Assembly: GCA_000708835.1 (NCBI GenBank)
Contig: DF237408.1
Span: 11,333 to 75,332, forward strand
Length of the DNA: 64,000 nt
Origin: Klebsormidium nitens
Lineage: Eukaryota; Plantae; Klebsormidiophyceae
Direction: 5' to 3'
Shown here: one piece after another, positions 38,479 through 50,400 of the stretch
Numbering within the stretch: position 1 is the first letter of the stretch
Layout of the letters: every line of letters starts with the position of its first letter
Notes under the pieces: generated by a model
Told to the model about the DNA's origin: nothing
Database searches by the model: none
Seen by the model: only the letters and a program-made list of their open reading frames with translations
Made by a program: the position numbers and the translations under genes

Positions 38479-39046
38479 CTTATGGCGCCTCAAAAGCGCC
38501 CAGCGCACTTGGTAGCGAGCATGCAGAGCACATTAGTGGTGGGCCCTCGCTAGGAGGGCTTTTAAGTAGCTGGGATGCGTCTCAGCAGTGCTGCGCTGAC
38601 ACCACTTCGCAATATGGTAGGTAGTTGCTCGATAGTTGATAAATTATAAGTTGCACTTCGAAAGAGCCAGTTGGGCAGTTGTAAACGCCTTCAGGTTCTA
38701 AGGACGTTTGTTGAAAGGTCGTCTAAGAGTAGATGACGTATGTCATTCAAGTTGCAACGAGTCACCTAAGAACTGGGTTGCAACATGCGTCTGGGCTCCG
38801 AGTCAGGCCCGCTTAGTTGATGGCTTCGGTGTGCATTGCGGCTTTGCTTTAAATCTTTGTGTTTTGCGCTGTGCAGCATGTGATGCATGCCAGCGTACGT
38901 TACACATACATCGTCATCTGGCTCGATCAGCTGTAAGAGACATGACGAATCTTGTAATTCGAGTAATGTGTAAGCTGATAAATTTTCAATTAACCATGAT
39001 TGGCCCTCAAGCTGATTCAATCATCAGCAGATTACTGTACATCTTA

Positions 39047-39547
39047 GGGAAGGGTCATTTTGAAGCGGTACCCCCCGTAGTAGCTGTGGAGCCCTTTTGG
39101 GTCGAGGACCCTTCTGGCCCCCCCTTACTCACGAGCCCTGCTCGCTCAAGCCTGTCCCAAGTTCCCCCCCCATGCCTTCGGAACCTTGGAAGGCTCCAAG
39201 TCCCCCCCCCCATTCACGGGCTTGGGGATGTGGATATATTAGATGTATTTAGCGGATTTTGTTTTCTGCTGAGTCCTACAGCAACCTAATGCAGGGGTTT
39301 TTTTCACAATTGTGAAAAATCTGCTTTGAAATTGGCTCAAAACCCGTCATAAACAGGCTCCACAAACACATTCCCCCCTCCGACCTCTAGCCATCGAGGT
39401 CTGCACAGGCTCCCCCCCCATATAGCTACATGTCCTTCAAGGGGTACCAAGCCCCCCCCCTTCATGACTCGATGTTTCAGTCTTGGTCCCAGGTACCCCC
39501 CCCTCAACAGCGACTACGGGGGGTACCGCTTCAAAATGACCCTTCCC
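39047..39547. mobile_element. Non-autonomous PIF/Harbinger-type MITE (Tourist-like), 501 bp
   Basis: Terminal inverted repeats GGGAAGGGTCATTTTGAAGCGGTACCCCCCGTAGT(A/C)GCTGT match with one mismatch. The element is flanked by TTA at 39044-39046 and TTA at 39548-39550 (3-bp target-site duplication). It encodes no transposase and has internal C-run repeats. Confidence 0.9.
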
Positions 39548-40625
39548 TTAGCGGCATGATCTGTCGTGGTTTATCTCATGTCACTACGCGTACTTAGCAT
39601 GTCGAAGCTATTACTGATATGTTCGTTCCGGCACGCCGCCGGACAACGTCTAATGCATGTTTCAGGTTGACGAGGTCAATTGACTCTCTGACACGAACAA
39701 TCTCCAACTTAATCCGTCTGTAGGCGCTAGGACTAAGCATTCTGCAGATCAATCCGGCGTGAGCGTGCATGTGATATATTTGGATGGCCTAGCTAGCTCC
39801 TGGAATTATTGCACGAAAATCTGTGCATGAGCCACGAGAACGACGCACTCCAACCGTCACATATATATGTGTGCATGGTGGGGTCATGCTCCGATTGCAT
39901 GTGCGGATATACTACAATGAACATAGATGCTACGACGCATGCTGCTGACAACTTATGTCCTGTGCATTCAATCGGATCACGGTGTATGCCAGGGACTTGA
40001 CGAAACGCTCGGTCCAAACACCTTTCAAACAGAACGGCCGGGCGGCTGCTGAACGAATCTTTGTGCTACTGATGGCCAACGAGTCTGCAAATGAGTTGAT
40101 ACACCGGCGTACAAGGTGCTTACTACTCTCATCGAGATCCTAGGCTAGATTTATCCGAGATGATGTGAAGACAGTCTGAAGTGATTCTGAGTTCTAGTTA
40201 CTGTGCTTCGACGATTTTTTTCTATGTGCACAACACCTATGACAAGTTGTCCTGTCATCAGCACCTAATGCTCTCTGTTCATCAAGATGATGAACGTCTA
40301 CGGTCGACTTGGCAGTCAAAGAATTCTGAATCAATTTGACTAGCTGGTAAAGTCACGTCGTCCTGCGCGCAAAACCTGCCAATACCTTTGCGTAACCCCG
40401 AGCTGTAGCTGTACCTAGAGGCCGAATGTGGCCACAAATACCAACGTATTTTTATATCGCTGTACCTTGACGGTCCTAGTACGAATGATCTACTACGAGA
40501 TCCTGTCCCTACCAATCCTATTGAGCGGCAATGGCCGGTCAGATCCTTCGTCCTGGTTGAGCCTCGAATAGCGCACAGCCGTGATGCTCCCGGCTGGCCG
40601 CCCCTCCGCGTGAGTGCGGCCGTGC

Positions 40626-43600
40626 CTAGAGGGTGATGGTCACGCTCTGGACGCCGTCCACGCCTTGCAGGATGGAGAAATACTTGAACTGCCCGTTGAT
40701 CTCCACCTGGTAGTCGCCGTGGAAACCTGCGGCCAGAAGCAGGGGGGCCACGGGTGAGTCGCGGGAAAGCAGTCACGAGCCTCCTACACTGTCCGCTTCC
40801 TGGGGCTGCACCCGAATCCGCGGGCCTCTGCGCCTCCGCAACGCGCCAATTTTGTAATATAGTACAACGTCGGCACGCCAAACAGGCCGACTCCGACATG
40901 GTCTACTGCGAGGCGGACTAACACTCCAATCAACACAAGCAGAGTAAATTTCCATCGAAATTGCAGGATGAAACCGTCAACGCTTTGAGAAACCGGGCTA
41001 CTATTTGCGAGAAATTGCGCTATCGCGCGGTGCTTACCCCGGAAGGTCTGCGCTGCACCGTCGCTGGAGGTGGTGCCGGCGACGCCGCGCGTGGCCCATT
41101 CTTGGCGCAGGGCGAGGAAGACCTGCCCCACCTCGTTGGGCGCGCCGGCCTCGTCGAAGAGGCACGTGGGGCACGTGGCCGGGGTCTGGCCGAAGCTGGG
41201 CACGATGTGTTGCAGGCTGATGTGCGCCACCGCCGGGTTGGAGAACAGCTCGCGCAGCGCCACCTCCGCCAGGGCCGCGCGCGCCGTGTCGTTGCGCACG
41301 CCCAGCGCCCAGTTGAGCTCCGTCACCCAGATGGGCAGCCCCAGCTGCGCGATCTTCGCGATCGCTGCACAAACAACATATTTGGTAAGCGCTGTTGGCG
41401 AGTAGCTTCGAAGCCGATTCGCAATCAGCAAGACCCAACACAAATGTCAATCGCAAGCCCAGTGCAGAATCAGACTAGAGGAACGTGCAAGACCTGTGTT
41501 TGCATCGCTACAGAGTCGCATTCGGTGGCATCGCTGAGGGCCGTGCCTGTTTCGAGGGGGCTTGCTCACATTGGCGGAAGCGCGTGGGGTCCGTCTGGTC
41601 TGGCTGCACCTGGAACTGCAAGCCCACAATGTCCACGTCGCCCCCCAGCCCCTGCACGCGTCGCACGTGCGCCACCAGGGCCTCGGGGGTGCCCGGGTCG
41701 CCGAAGTCGTGCCAGCATGACTCCGCCACCTGCACGCACGTCCGCCGCTGTCAGACACAGGCAGCACGCAGGCCAAGAGCGCGCTTCGCGGGAGAGGACG
41801 GGCCGCTTATTACGGTGCGACCACCGTACCGAACTGGCAGGCTGGATGGCGGAGCACCTGGCTCCAAAACCGCGCGTCGTATAGAGAAGAGAGGCCCGAC
41901 GAACAGCAACGGAGCCCGCGTTGACGGGGTTCAGTCGGTACGCTTAGATGAGCTCGCGCAGGCCGCTTGAGTACCAACATACGAAAATAGAAGGTCGTCC
42001 AGAGTGCTCACTAAAGAACCGATCGCTCACGTTATATTCGTTGAAGATGAGCGGCGTCGTCGGGTCGTTGGCCCGGACCTCCTTATACAGCCGAGCTGCA
42101 CAGGCCGGGGGGGACTGGATGTCAGGGAGAGCGCCGCGCATGCTTCTGAGGAAAGACCGTTCGGACAGAAGGCAAAGCAGGCTGCAGGCTTTTTGACAAC
42201 AAGTACCGGGTCCTTTCTTTGACCATGTGACGAACTTCGAAAAGCGTCTGGAGGAACCTCTGGGAGTATATCGCAAGACAAAGCGGTTCACACGATCACA
42301 GAGTGTACAATTGCTCGCGGGAAGCCCGTGCCATTCGCCGCAGTGAGAAGAGGAACAGACAGCGCCAACGGATAATGGCTGCAGAGGGTGCGTACCGATG
42401 CTGTCATCCCCTCCCATGTCGTTGACGAATGTTTTGTGAAGGCCTTCGTTGTCGACGGTGTAAGAATTGACTTTCCCGCTGAAGTGGCCCATGATCGCAT
42501 CGATGAAGCGCGAGATGAGCTGGTCCAGCACCGCCTTGTCCGCCGGCTGGAACAGGCGAACAACACGTCACCATTGCGCGCCAACGAGGGAAACCGACAG
42601 AGAACGATTCCAACCGCTCCCGAGCCTTGCTGCTCTTTATGGATATTAAACCTTACCTGCGTTGAAACTGTCACGAGGGCAGCGCACTACGCGCGGACTC
42701 ATCAAATCCGCGGGAAAGACAGAGGACTGTGACGTACAGCGCGCCGCACGTTTGTACAACGCCCCAGCAGTTGTCGCCAAGAATTGCTTGCAACGTGACT
42801 CTGCAAACCGTCAGGATGCAACAGTCTCACTTTGTTTGCAATAGCAAGCTGGTGGGTGGGAGGTGCCGCGCGCGCTCACCGTTTTCACTTTGTCCTGCAC
42901 CCACTGCGGGATGCCGTCGCGGAGGTCCTCCCAGATGAGGGCCGGCCCGTTGACGGCCATGCCGTGCGCGGCAGCCCATGCCAGCATCACGTCCACGTCA
43001 GCAAAGTCGAACTGGCCCTCCACCCGCTCGATGGAAGTCCAGCCGCTGCACACGAACAAGACGGCTCAGATCCAATGCTTTCAACGTCGCTTCAGAGACT
43101 AGGCTCCCGAGAAACGTCTATCAGCTCCTCTCCTAGTCTCCAGACTTCTGCAGAGATGGTACAGAGCAGTCAATCCCATCTCGAAACTGCTCAAGCCAGG
43201 CTCGGTTCGTCTAGGCCGGTAATCAGGAATCAAGTGCCGTTGCAAAAATCGCCGGCTAGTGTAGATTACATTCGAATCTGACTTGAGCGACACCCAGTGC
43301 AAGAGCACAGTTGTATAAGCGTGACGGAGCCTGGGGGTGAGAAGGTGGGTGGCGGCACTGACCACCAGAGCTGCACTTGGTTGAAGAGCGACTGCAGGAA
43401 GGCAGAGTAGGCGGGCTGCTGCGCCACGGTGGGGTTGATGTCCACGCCCCACGGGAAGCCCGACCGCACCTGCTCCACCGTGTACGCAGCGCCTGCCACC
43501 GGGGCGCCCGCAGACGTCTGGAAGTGAACCACCACGTCGCTCTTGCGGTGCTGCACGCAGCAAGCAGGTGGTTTACGAGGCAGCTGACGTCCAAGAGAAA

Positions 43601-45212
43601 AGTATCCTGGCAAACAGGGAACGAAGCGCAGCCCGAGCTCGAAGTACCTTCTTGAAATGCCCATGCAGGCTCCAGCGCGCCTGACAGCTAAAATTCAACT
43701 GAACGAGATCTGAAGGGTCACTTGTGGTGAAGAACCTACACTAAGCACAGGTTCTGACTGTTCCAAACAAAGAGCATCCAGTTGGAGCGCACGGCACCAT
43801 CGTTGCTGCGCCGGTCAGCTGACCTGGTCGATGAGCTGCGCCTGTCGCGCGCGCTCCTGCGCGGGGTCCAGCGCGGCCACCACAAAGCTGTGCACCTGCA
43901 TGCCCACGCCCGCGGGCACGCCCGACAGCAGCATCTTGGCGGAGGCCGTGGCGGGGGTGAAGCCGCCCTGCACCTGCGTCCAGCACCCCGCCTGCACCAC
44001 CGTGACCGCCCCCGCACACCGGTTGCCGTTAACGTGCGGGATGAAGCACACCGACAGCGTGTGCGAGGTCGTCGTGTTCACCAGCCGCACCTGGATAACA
44101 CATAAGAGCGCTCCCGTCAGCAGATGAGCAGGCGCACCTGACAAGCTCAATGTCGTTCACAGCAGACTCCTTCCTGGCATACATGGCTTGGGCTCAAGTT
44201 CCAGAGACAGCAAGGTACTCTGAGACGGTCTTACACTCCTACTGGGATTCTGCAACAAGGACCAGCGCCGCAGGCAGGAGCGCTCACCCAGGCCAGGATC
44301 TGGTGGGTCCAGCCGGGCTGCAGGTTGTTGACGGTGACTGCCACCCCGCTGGAGGTGTTGAGCAGGGCATGCCGCGGGGTCTCCACCCAGCGCTTGTTGC
44401 GCGGAACGTGCAGGCGGGACGAGTTGCGGCGGCACATGTAGCACTCCCAGGCAGCGGGGGCGCGCCCGCCGGAGAAGTCGTTGGGGACCAGGCTGGGGGC
44501 CAGGGGCGTGTCCGCTAACGATTCTGAGCACTGTAGAGGGAAGCCGCAGAAAGTGAGGCAACGGGGAGAGACCGAGAGCACCCTTTCACAAGCAAACTAG
44601 CTAGTGTGCACTTGACTCAAGTAGCACAGCTTGCAGAAATTCAGCTTGCAGTCGAATTAAGGTGCCGCTGCCGTAGGACTCCATTGTTTGTATCAATGTC
44701 CTGGCTCTACTGGCTCTACCCTGCCAGTGCTTCCGTTAGGCTCACCAGAGGTGCAGGGGCTGACAGCGCGTCCGTCGCCAGCTGACCCAGCTTCCGGTGC
44801 GCATTACTGGTAGCTGCAGGGGTTAAATATTACAGGCTGAGTGTGAACTTTTTACTCCCTTCGGTTCTGCATTCAACAGTGGGAGTGCATCAAGGGACAA
44901 GCGACATAGCACTTCCAGTCCTCAACTGGCTTTTCTCACAACCCCCCATAAGTGGCAACTCCTACCAGGAGTCACTCAGTCTTGCAGCTGCCAGAAACAA
45001 ACTTGTCCGTCAAGAAAGGACACTGTTGTGACAGTTCATTTGACGTGATATCTCTTCCACTTGACTGCACTGCAACCGCTCTCTCCAACTCTGCTTCTTT
45101 CAAGTCCTATGAATGCTAAACCTGAAGCCCCACCTTGGGAGCCCACCGCAGCCAGTGCCAGCAGCAGCAGCAGTAGCAATGTGCCCTGCTTGCACGCCAG
45201 AATGCCCCCCAT
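40626..45212 (-). CDS. Secreted glycoside hydrolase family 10 (xylanase-like) protein with an N-terminal galactose-binding-like/CBM domain and a divergent active site; about 10 exons
   Basis: Signal peptide MGGILACKQGTLLLLLLLALAAVGSQGG; CBM-like part (...AGCWTQVQGGFTP...); RKSDVVV...AYTVEQVRSGFPWG...FLQSLFN; W...E...GQFDFADVDVMLAWA; YTVDNEGLH; DPTTPLIFNEYN; IVGLQ; LGLPIWVTEL; LRELFSNPAV; EWAT...FRGFHGDYQV...SVTITL*. The layout and C-terminus match plant-type GH10 xylanases. Confidence 0.85.
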
Positions 45213-47452
45213 GGTGGCCTGACTTGGCAGCGCTCTGCTCAGCAGGCAAACGCCACACCAGCTTGCCGGGATTGTACTTGGATGCAAAATACTGTCTTAC
45301 CCGCCTTGCAGCGCGGTTTCTGAAAGCGCAGGAATTGGAACGTATTGTCCGACAGGATGTTGGCTGATGTGAGACTGTTCCAACAGTTGTGTAGGTCTGC
45401 AGCTTACACTTCAAGAACTCTCTCAAGGAGCTTAAGCAACACTGTTTGAAGGATGCTAGTCCCTGATTCATGCTCTGCAAAGTCCATAACAATGACATGT
45501 AGTCGTCCATGTTTGCTGCAGTTGTTGTAAGGAGGCTGCCCCTCAGTAGCAGCTCAGAATACTGAGTCACAAAGCTAGACGCTCCTGAGGTCATGTCAAC
45601 AAGCCATTGAAAGAAGTCCCCGACAACAGCAGTCCCGGCTACAGCGGCCGCCCTTTCACTGCTTCAGTTCCAGTCGAAGAGGCGGCGTCCTGCTTCAAAC
45701 CTCACTATAGGTCTGTGTTCAGCAACTTTGGACAGAGCCTGAGCCTGAGGGGCGGGATCGGAGCAAACGTACGCAGGTGCATGGCGGTTGACCTGAATCT
45801 CCGCTGCTAGGTACTTGGTGCATACGTGGACCGCAACCGATGGCGGTATGTACCTGTTTCAGGGGGATCATCCTGCGAAGGCGAAGTCGGCACAGCTCGT
45901 ACTGCCACGTGTTTAGTCCTGCTCGGGAGACCTCGGATCAGTCCGTGCGCGCATCGTAGTACCTCTTCATGCTGTTTGGCAGCGGGCCCGGTACCATACC
46001 GGCTCGAAGATATTGCGGGCGCTGAACCCGATCGACGGGCAGTCATGCTCAAGGCTTTCGACATCGTTATCAAACCGAATACGGTTTGCAGCTCAGAGGG
46101 GCGGCCATGGCCGACACTCTCTCGAGCTCGAGATTCCCTCATTGTTTGCTTATATCAGGTCAGGATCTTCAAGTTGAGGCTTGTGCCTTTAGCCTGGGCT
46201 GCAACAACTAGTACTTCCTCTGGCCTCCAGCTTTTAATGAAGCTTGAGAAGATCAGCATCTCCAAGCACTGGGAACAATCAGGCAATCACCATCAAAAGA
46301 CTGATGGAAGGAACGCGCGTGAAGTGATCAGAGACTAGCGCCTAGTCTTGTCGACTGATATCCAGCTGCATAGAGCAGCAGCGTTGCCGCAAATGCATGC
46401 CGCCTCCAATCAGGGCTCTTCATGACTTAGACTTGAAAAGTCAAAATATGTGTTTGTCTTTTGAAGCCCTGTGCTTTGGCACTGCCGAGTTCGTGAACAA
46501 AACGAACTTTCGGTGGCAAACTCCAAGCTGCTCGCTGGAACTTGGAAGCCGTCCTGCAATCTTTTGCTGTCTTGAGGATGTAATTTGAATGTTGAGGCAC
46601 GGTAACTCTACGTTTGTACATTGATTTTGCTCAACGAACGGACCACTCACTGTGGCACACTTCCATAGATGGCAGCGATTTCCGTGCTTGCTCGAAACCT
46701 CACGCAGTTGCAATCCTTATAGCGGACCTCATTCGCAAACGTTCACGTTGAAGGTTTGCCCTGCTCCCCGGGTACTTGAAAAACCATTTCGACTGTGAGT
46801 GCCTGACTCCATCCCGGCCCAAGCAATCGAACCTCCCTACCAATGCAAGTTCGCAAGTTGACGACACTTGTCCAGATTTGCAGAATTGATGCAAAATTTG
46901 AGATCGCCCGAGCATTGACATGACATCCAAAGTGCGTACCATGATATCAAAGTAGTGAGTCTCTTAGTCGGCGAACTGTCAGTGCATACGTCGTTCAGAA
47001 TTGTTGCTTGTTCTCGGTGGTCAACTCCATATGTCGTGTCTGTATTCCAGGCCTCGTATACTGGGGCCAAAAGATATTTGAGAAGTAGCCTTGCCCAAGT
47101 TTCTGAGGGCGCTTGCCAACAGGCAGTGCTGTCCATATGCCTCTTCTCTGTATTTATGTGTCGGGTTATGTCTTTTTGTATTGAAGCCTCTCGTGGAGTT
47201 TGAAGGAAGAGAGACTTTGAGAAGCATATGCGGTGAGTTAACCTGCTGTAGTTAGAGTCTCTATGCTCATGAAAGTGAGCATCAGCTCTTCAACCACGGT
47301 CCGCTGTTTTGGACATGGGAGACATGGATACTTTGTCCAAGGCGCCTGTCTTAACCGACCCTTCTGACGACTGTATCGAGTGAGCCCCGTGGCTTGAAGC
47401 AAACCCCAACACGGTATGGTACCGGAAGTGACGCTAATGGCGTTGCTTTACC

Positions 47453-50400
47453 CTACGCGATTTTGACCCACAGCAGCGAGAGCACGATGGACAGCAGGCC
47501 GGCCCACACCAGGATGATCGTCGGCGTCTTGTTGCTCCGCCCCATCAGGCCCTGCACACACACGCACGCCACTCAATGAAACTAGAAGCTTTTCAAGACG
47601 AACCAGGGTCTTTGTTACTTTGCAACAACACCGCAATCGAGCAGGTTATCACAAGACTAGTGCTCGACGCTTGTTCCTCTAAGTAAGACTTTCAGCTTCT
47701 CCGGAAACGGCTGGACAACAAGCTCTAAGCTGTTACAGCAAGGTCTCAGGTTCTCAGGAGTTGTTACACTCGATCGTTGCATCTCAAACTTTTTCTAAAG
47801 TGCTGCATGGATGGTAAGGCTTGTGGACGCTCGCGACGGTGCCCAGTGCGCGGCCGGCGTGAGGCTGACCTTGGCAAAGGGGTAGAGATGCAGGAGCACC
47901 CAGATGGAGAAGAACAGGCTGCCCAGCAGCTGCCCTGCACCACAACCCAGCCACGCGGGGTCAGCGGCACGACAAGCAACGGACATAGCAGCCACACCGT
48001 TCTTGTGTGCAAAATACATGCAGCTCCACGGTGATATTCAGTAATCGTTCTTGGGATGACTAGAGCGGCAGCAAAGATTCCTCGCTGGACGGAGTGGCTC
48101 ACCCCAGCGCGGCCCGCTGGCCTGCACGGTCCGGGCGAGGCCGGCAATGCAGGCAAACAGGTTGAACAGGATCAGCGTCAGGGGCGGGATCATGAGCCAC
48201 GTCCACTGCAGGCGCCATACGGAGACACGAGCGTGCAGTCAGTACAGGGCAATATGTGCTGCAGCACTGAACCGCAGCCACTATTGTGCAGATATTCCGA
48301 GTTCTTCGTGCAGGTGACTTTACAGTTCTGAGGAGAGCTAGTTCGAAGTTTCAACGGTAGAACGTGAAGCTGAGAAGCAATTTACAAGCTCTCAAAACAT
48401 TCCAAAGAATCTTCAAGGCGCGCACCCTGAAGTGGTACAGCTCCGCGAAGTCGCCGCCTTCCCCGCCGTCCTTGGAGGTGAGCGTGAAGGCGGTGTCCAC
48501 GCCGGCCAGCACCTTGAGCAGGCCCTGCAGCACCGCCGCCAAGTGCGCGCTCGTCCCGCCGATCACCCAAAACTGCTCGTTGCGCCACCACTCCTCCAGG
48601 CTGATGTCTGCAACCACGCCACGCCCGCCGTCAGCGCCCAAACGAAAATTGACAACTCGTTCAAAGGTACAAGAAAGCGCAGAGAGCATAAGCAAGCGAG
48701 ATGTTCGCCAATGTATCTAGTGTCTCGTCAACAAACAGGGAGTGGCTTGGAGCTGAGCGGATGCTCACGCGCCCAGCGGATCTCGAGGATGGCCGTCGCG
48801 AACACGCTGAGGAAGAGCAGCAAAAAGTACACGATCGCCGAGTCCGACAGCTGCGGGAACACGACGGACAGCGTCAACCACGGAAGCAGTACTTAGCATG
48901 CATTTAGCAGTCTCACAAGCACAAAGAGCAGGCAATTAGCAAGCAGCCAAAGGAGGCAGGCGAAGCCCGTGAGTGTGCGACAGGCGGAAGGCGCGGTGGG
49001 CGCCTCACGTTGGCGACGATGAAGGTGTTGGTGAAGAGGCCGATGGCGGGCAGCAGGCAGTACGTCAGCAGCGGGATGCTCGTGAACGGATACACCGTCG
49101 TGTTCACGTACCTGCACGCGCAGCGTCTTAGTCAACACAGCACGACAAGACTTAAAACCACCAGAGACGATACCAACAGGGCTGCTGAGACAGGCGCGCT
49201 GATGAGGAGACTCGCAAGCGACGAAAGGCGGGTGTGGGCGAGGGCGCGGGGCTGCTCACGAGAGGCGCTGCACGAGCTTGAGGCTGCTGGTGGGGCTGTA
49301 CCACAGCGGATTGTAGCGCGAGAAGAAGATCTCCACGCTGCCCAGCGCCCACCTGTGCACCGTTAACAAGAAAGAGCTGAGGGATAGCGTACTCCACACG
49401 GGCCTGCCAGCGTGAAGAGATGAAGGAATTGACTTTCTTTTGTACTAAGCAGCTGTACACTGTGTGACCTTAGTACGTATTTGCAGCGAACCATGAAGAG
49501 AACGGGGCCACGGCGGATCGTTGCCTGGTGGCTATGCGCGGCGGCTGCTACGGTGCGCGCGCGCTGACCTGAGGACTTGGTGCAGGCGGTCGGTGAGGTT
49601 GATGGGCGCGGAGCCCTTGAACGCGGGCCGCGCGGTGATGCAGTACACGCTGCGCCAGCCGCGCGCGTGCATCATGAAGCCCGTCAAAATGTCCTCCGTC
49701 ACCGAGCCGTAAATCCACCCGATCTGGACCAACGAGCACGGGCAACGAACTTGGCTTTGGTTTTCAAATGCAAACCTACAAGCTTTCTCTCGATCCAGTC
49801 ACTTACTCAAACGTCGTACAGCCGCACATGCTAACGATCTAGAACTGCACGCAAGTATGAAAAGCCTCGGATAAGTTAGTTTTTTCAATAAAGTCTATGC
49901 AATGATCGCGAGACCTGACAACTTTAATACCATGGGTCACAGAGCTCAAAGTCGACCCTTCGCCAAGGCAATCTGCCGAGCTGGAATTTTCGGATCTGTG
50001 CGGCTCACCTTCTTGCCCCAGTCGCTCTTGTCCTCGTAGCCGCACGAGATGACCAGGATGACGTCCGTCAGCACCGTGCGCGGGGAGCTCGGCTGCACCC
50101 CCCACCGCGGACACAGGAGTCAGCACTGGGAGCGACGTCTGAGGCGACGTAAGGAAGCAAAGGAAGAACCGGTAAAGACGTTTGCACTCGGTAAACCCCG
50201 TGAGAGACTGAAACGGGAGCTACGACGTATCGGCGGCTCACCACGGGGTTGCCGTCAACAATGAGCGTGGACGCCACGAAGTTGTGGCACATGCCGAAGC
50301 GCGCGGCGTGCCACTTGAGCGGCACCAGCGGAACCTCTGCACAGAAAAGATGGCGACGCGTGGTCACGGCCGACGCGCCAGCAAAGAAATTTCTAACGTC

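Noticed and set aside
45100-47400. ORFs upstream of GH10 and between GH10 and CESA-like 2 (e.g. 45100-45594, 45826-46338, 46837-47136) as a possible fourth cluster gene
   Set aside because: No recognisable motifs, no exon-like GC3 bias, and no consistent splice chain was found.
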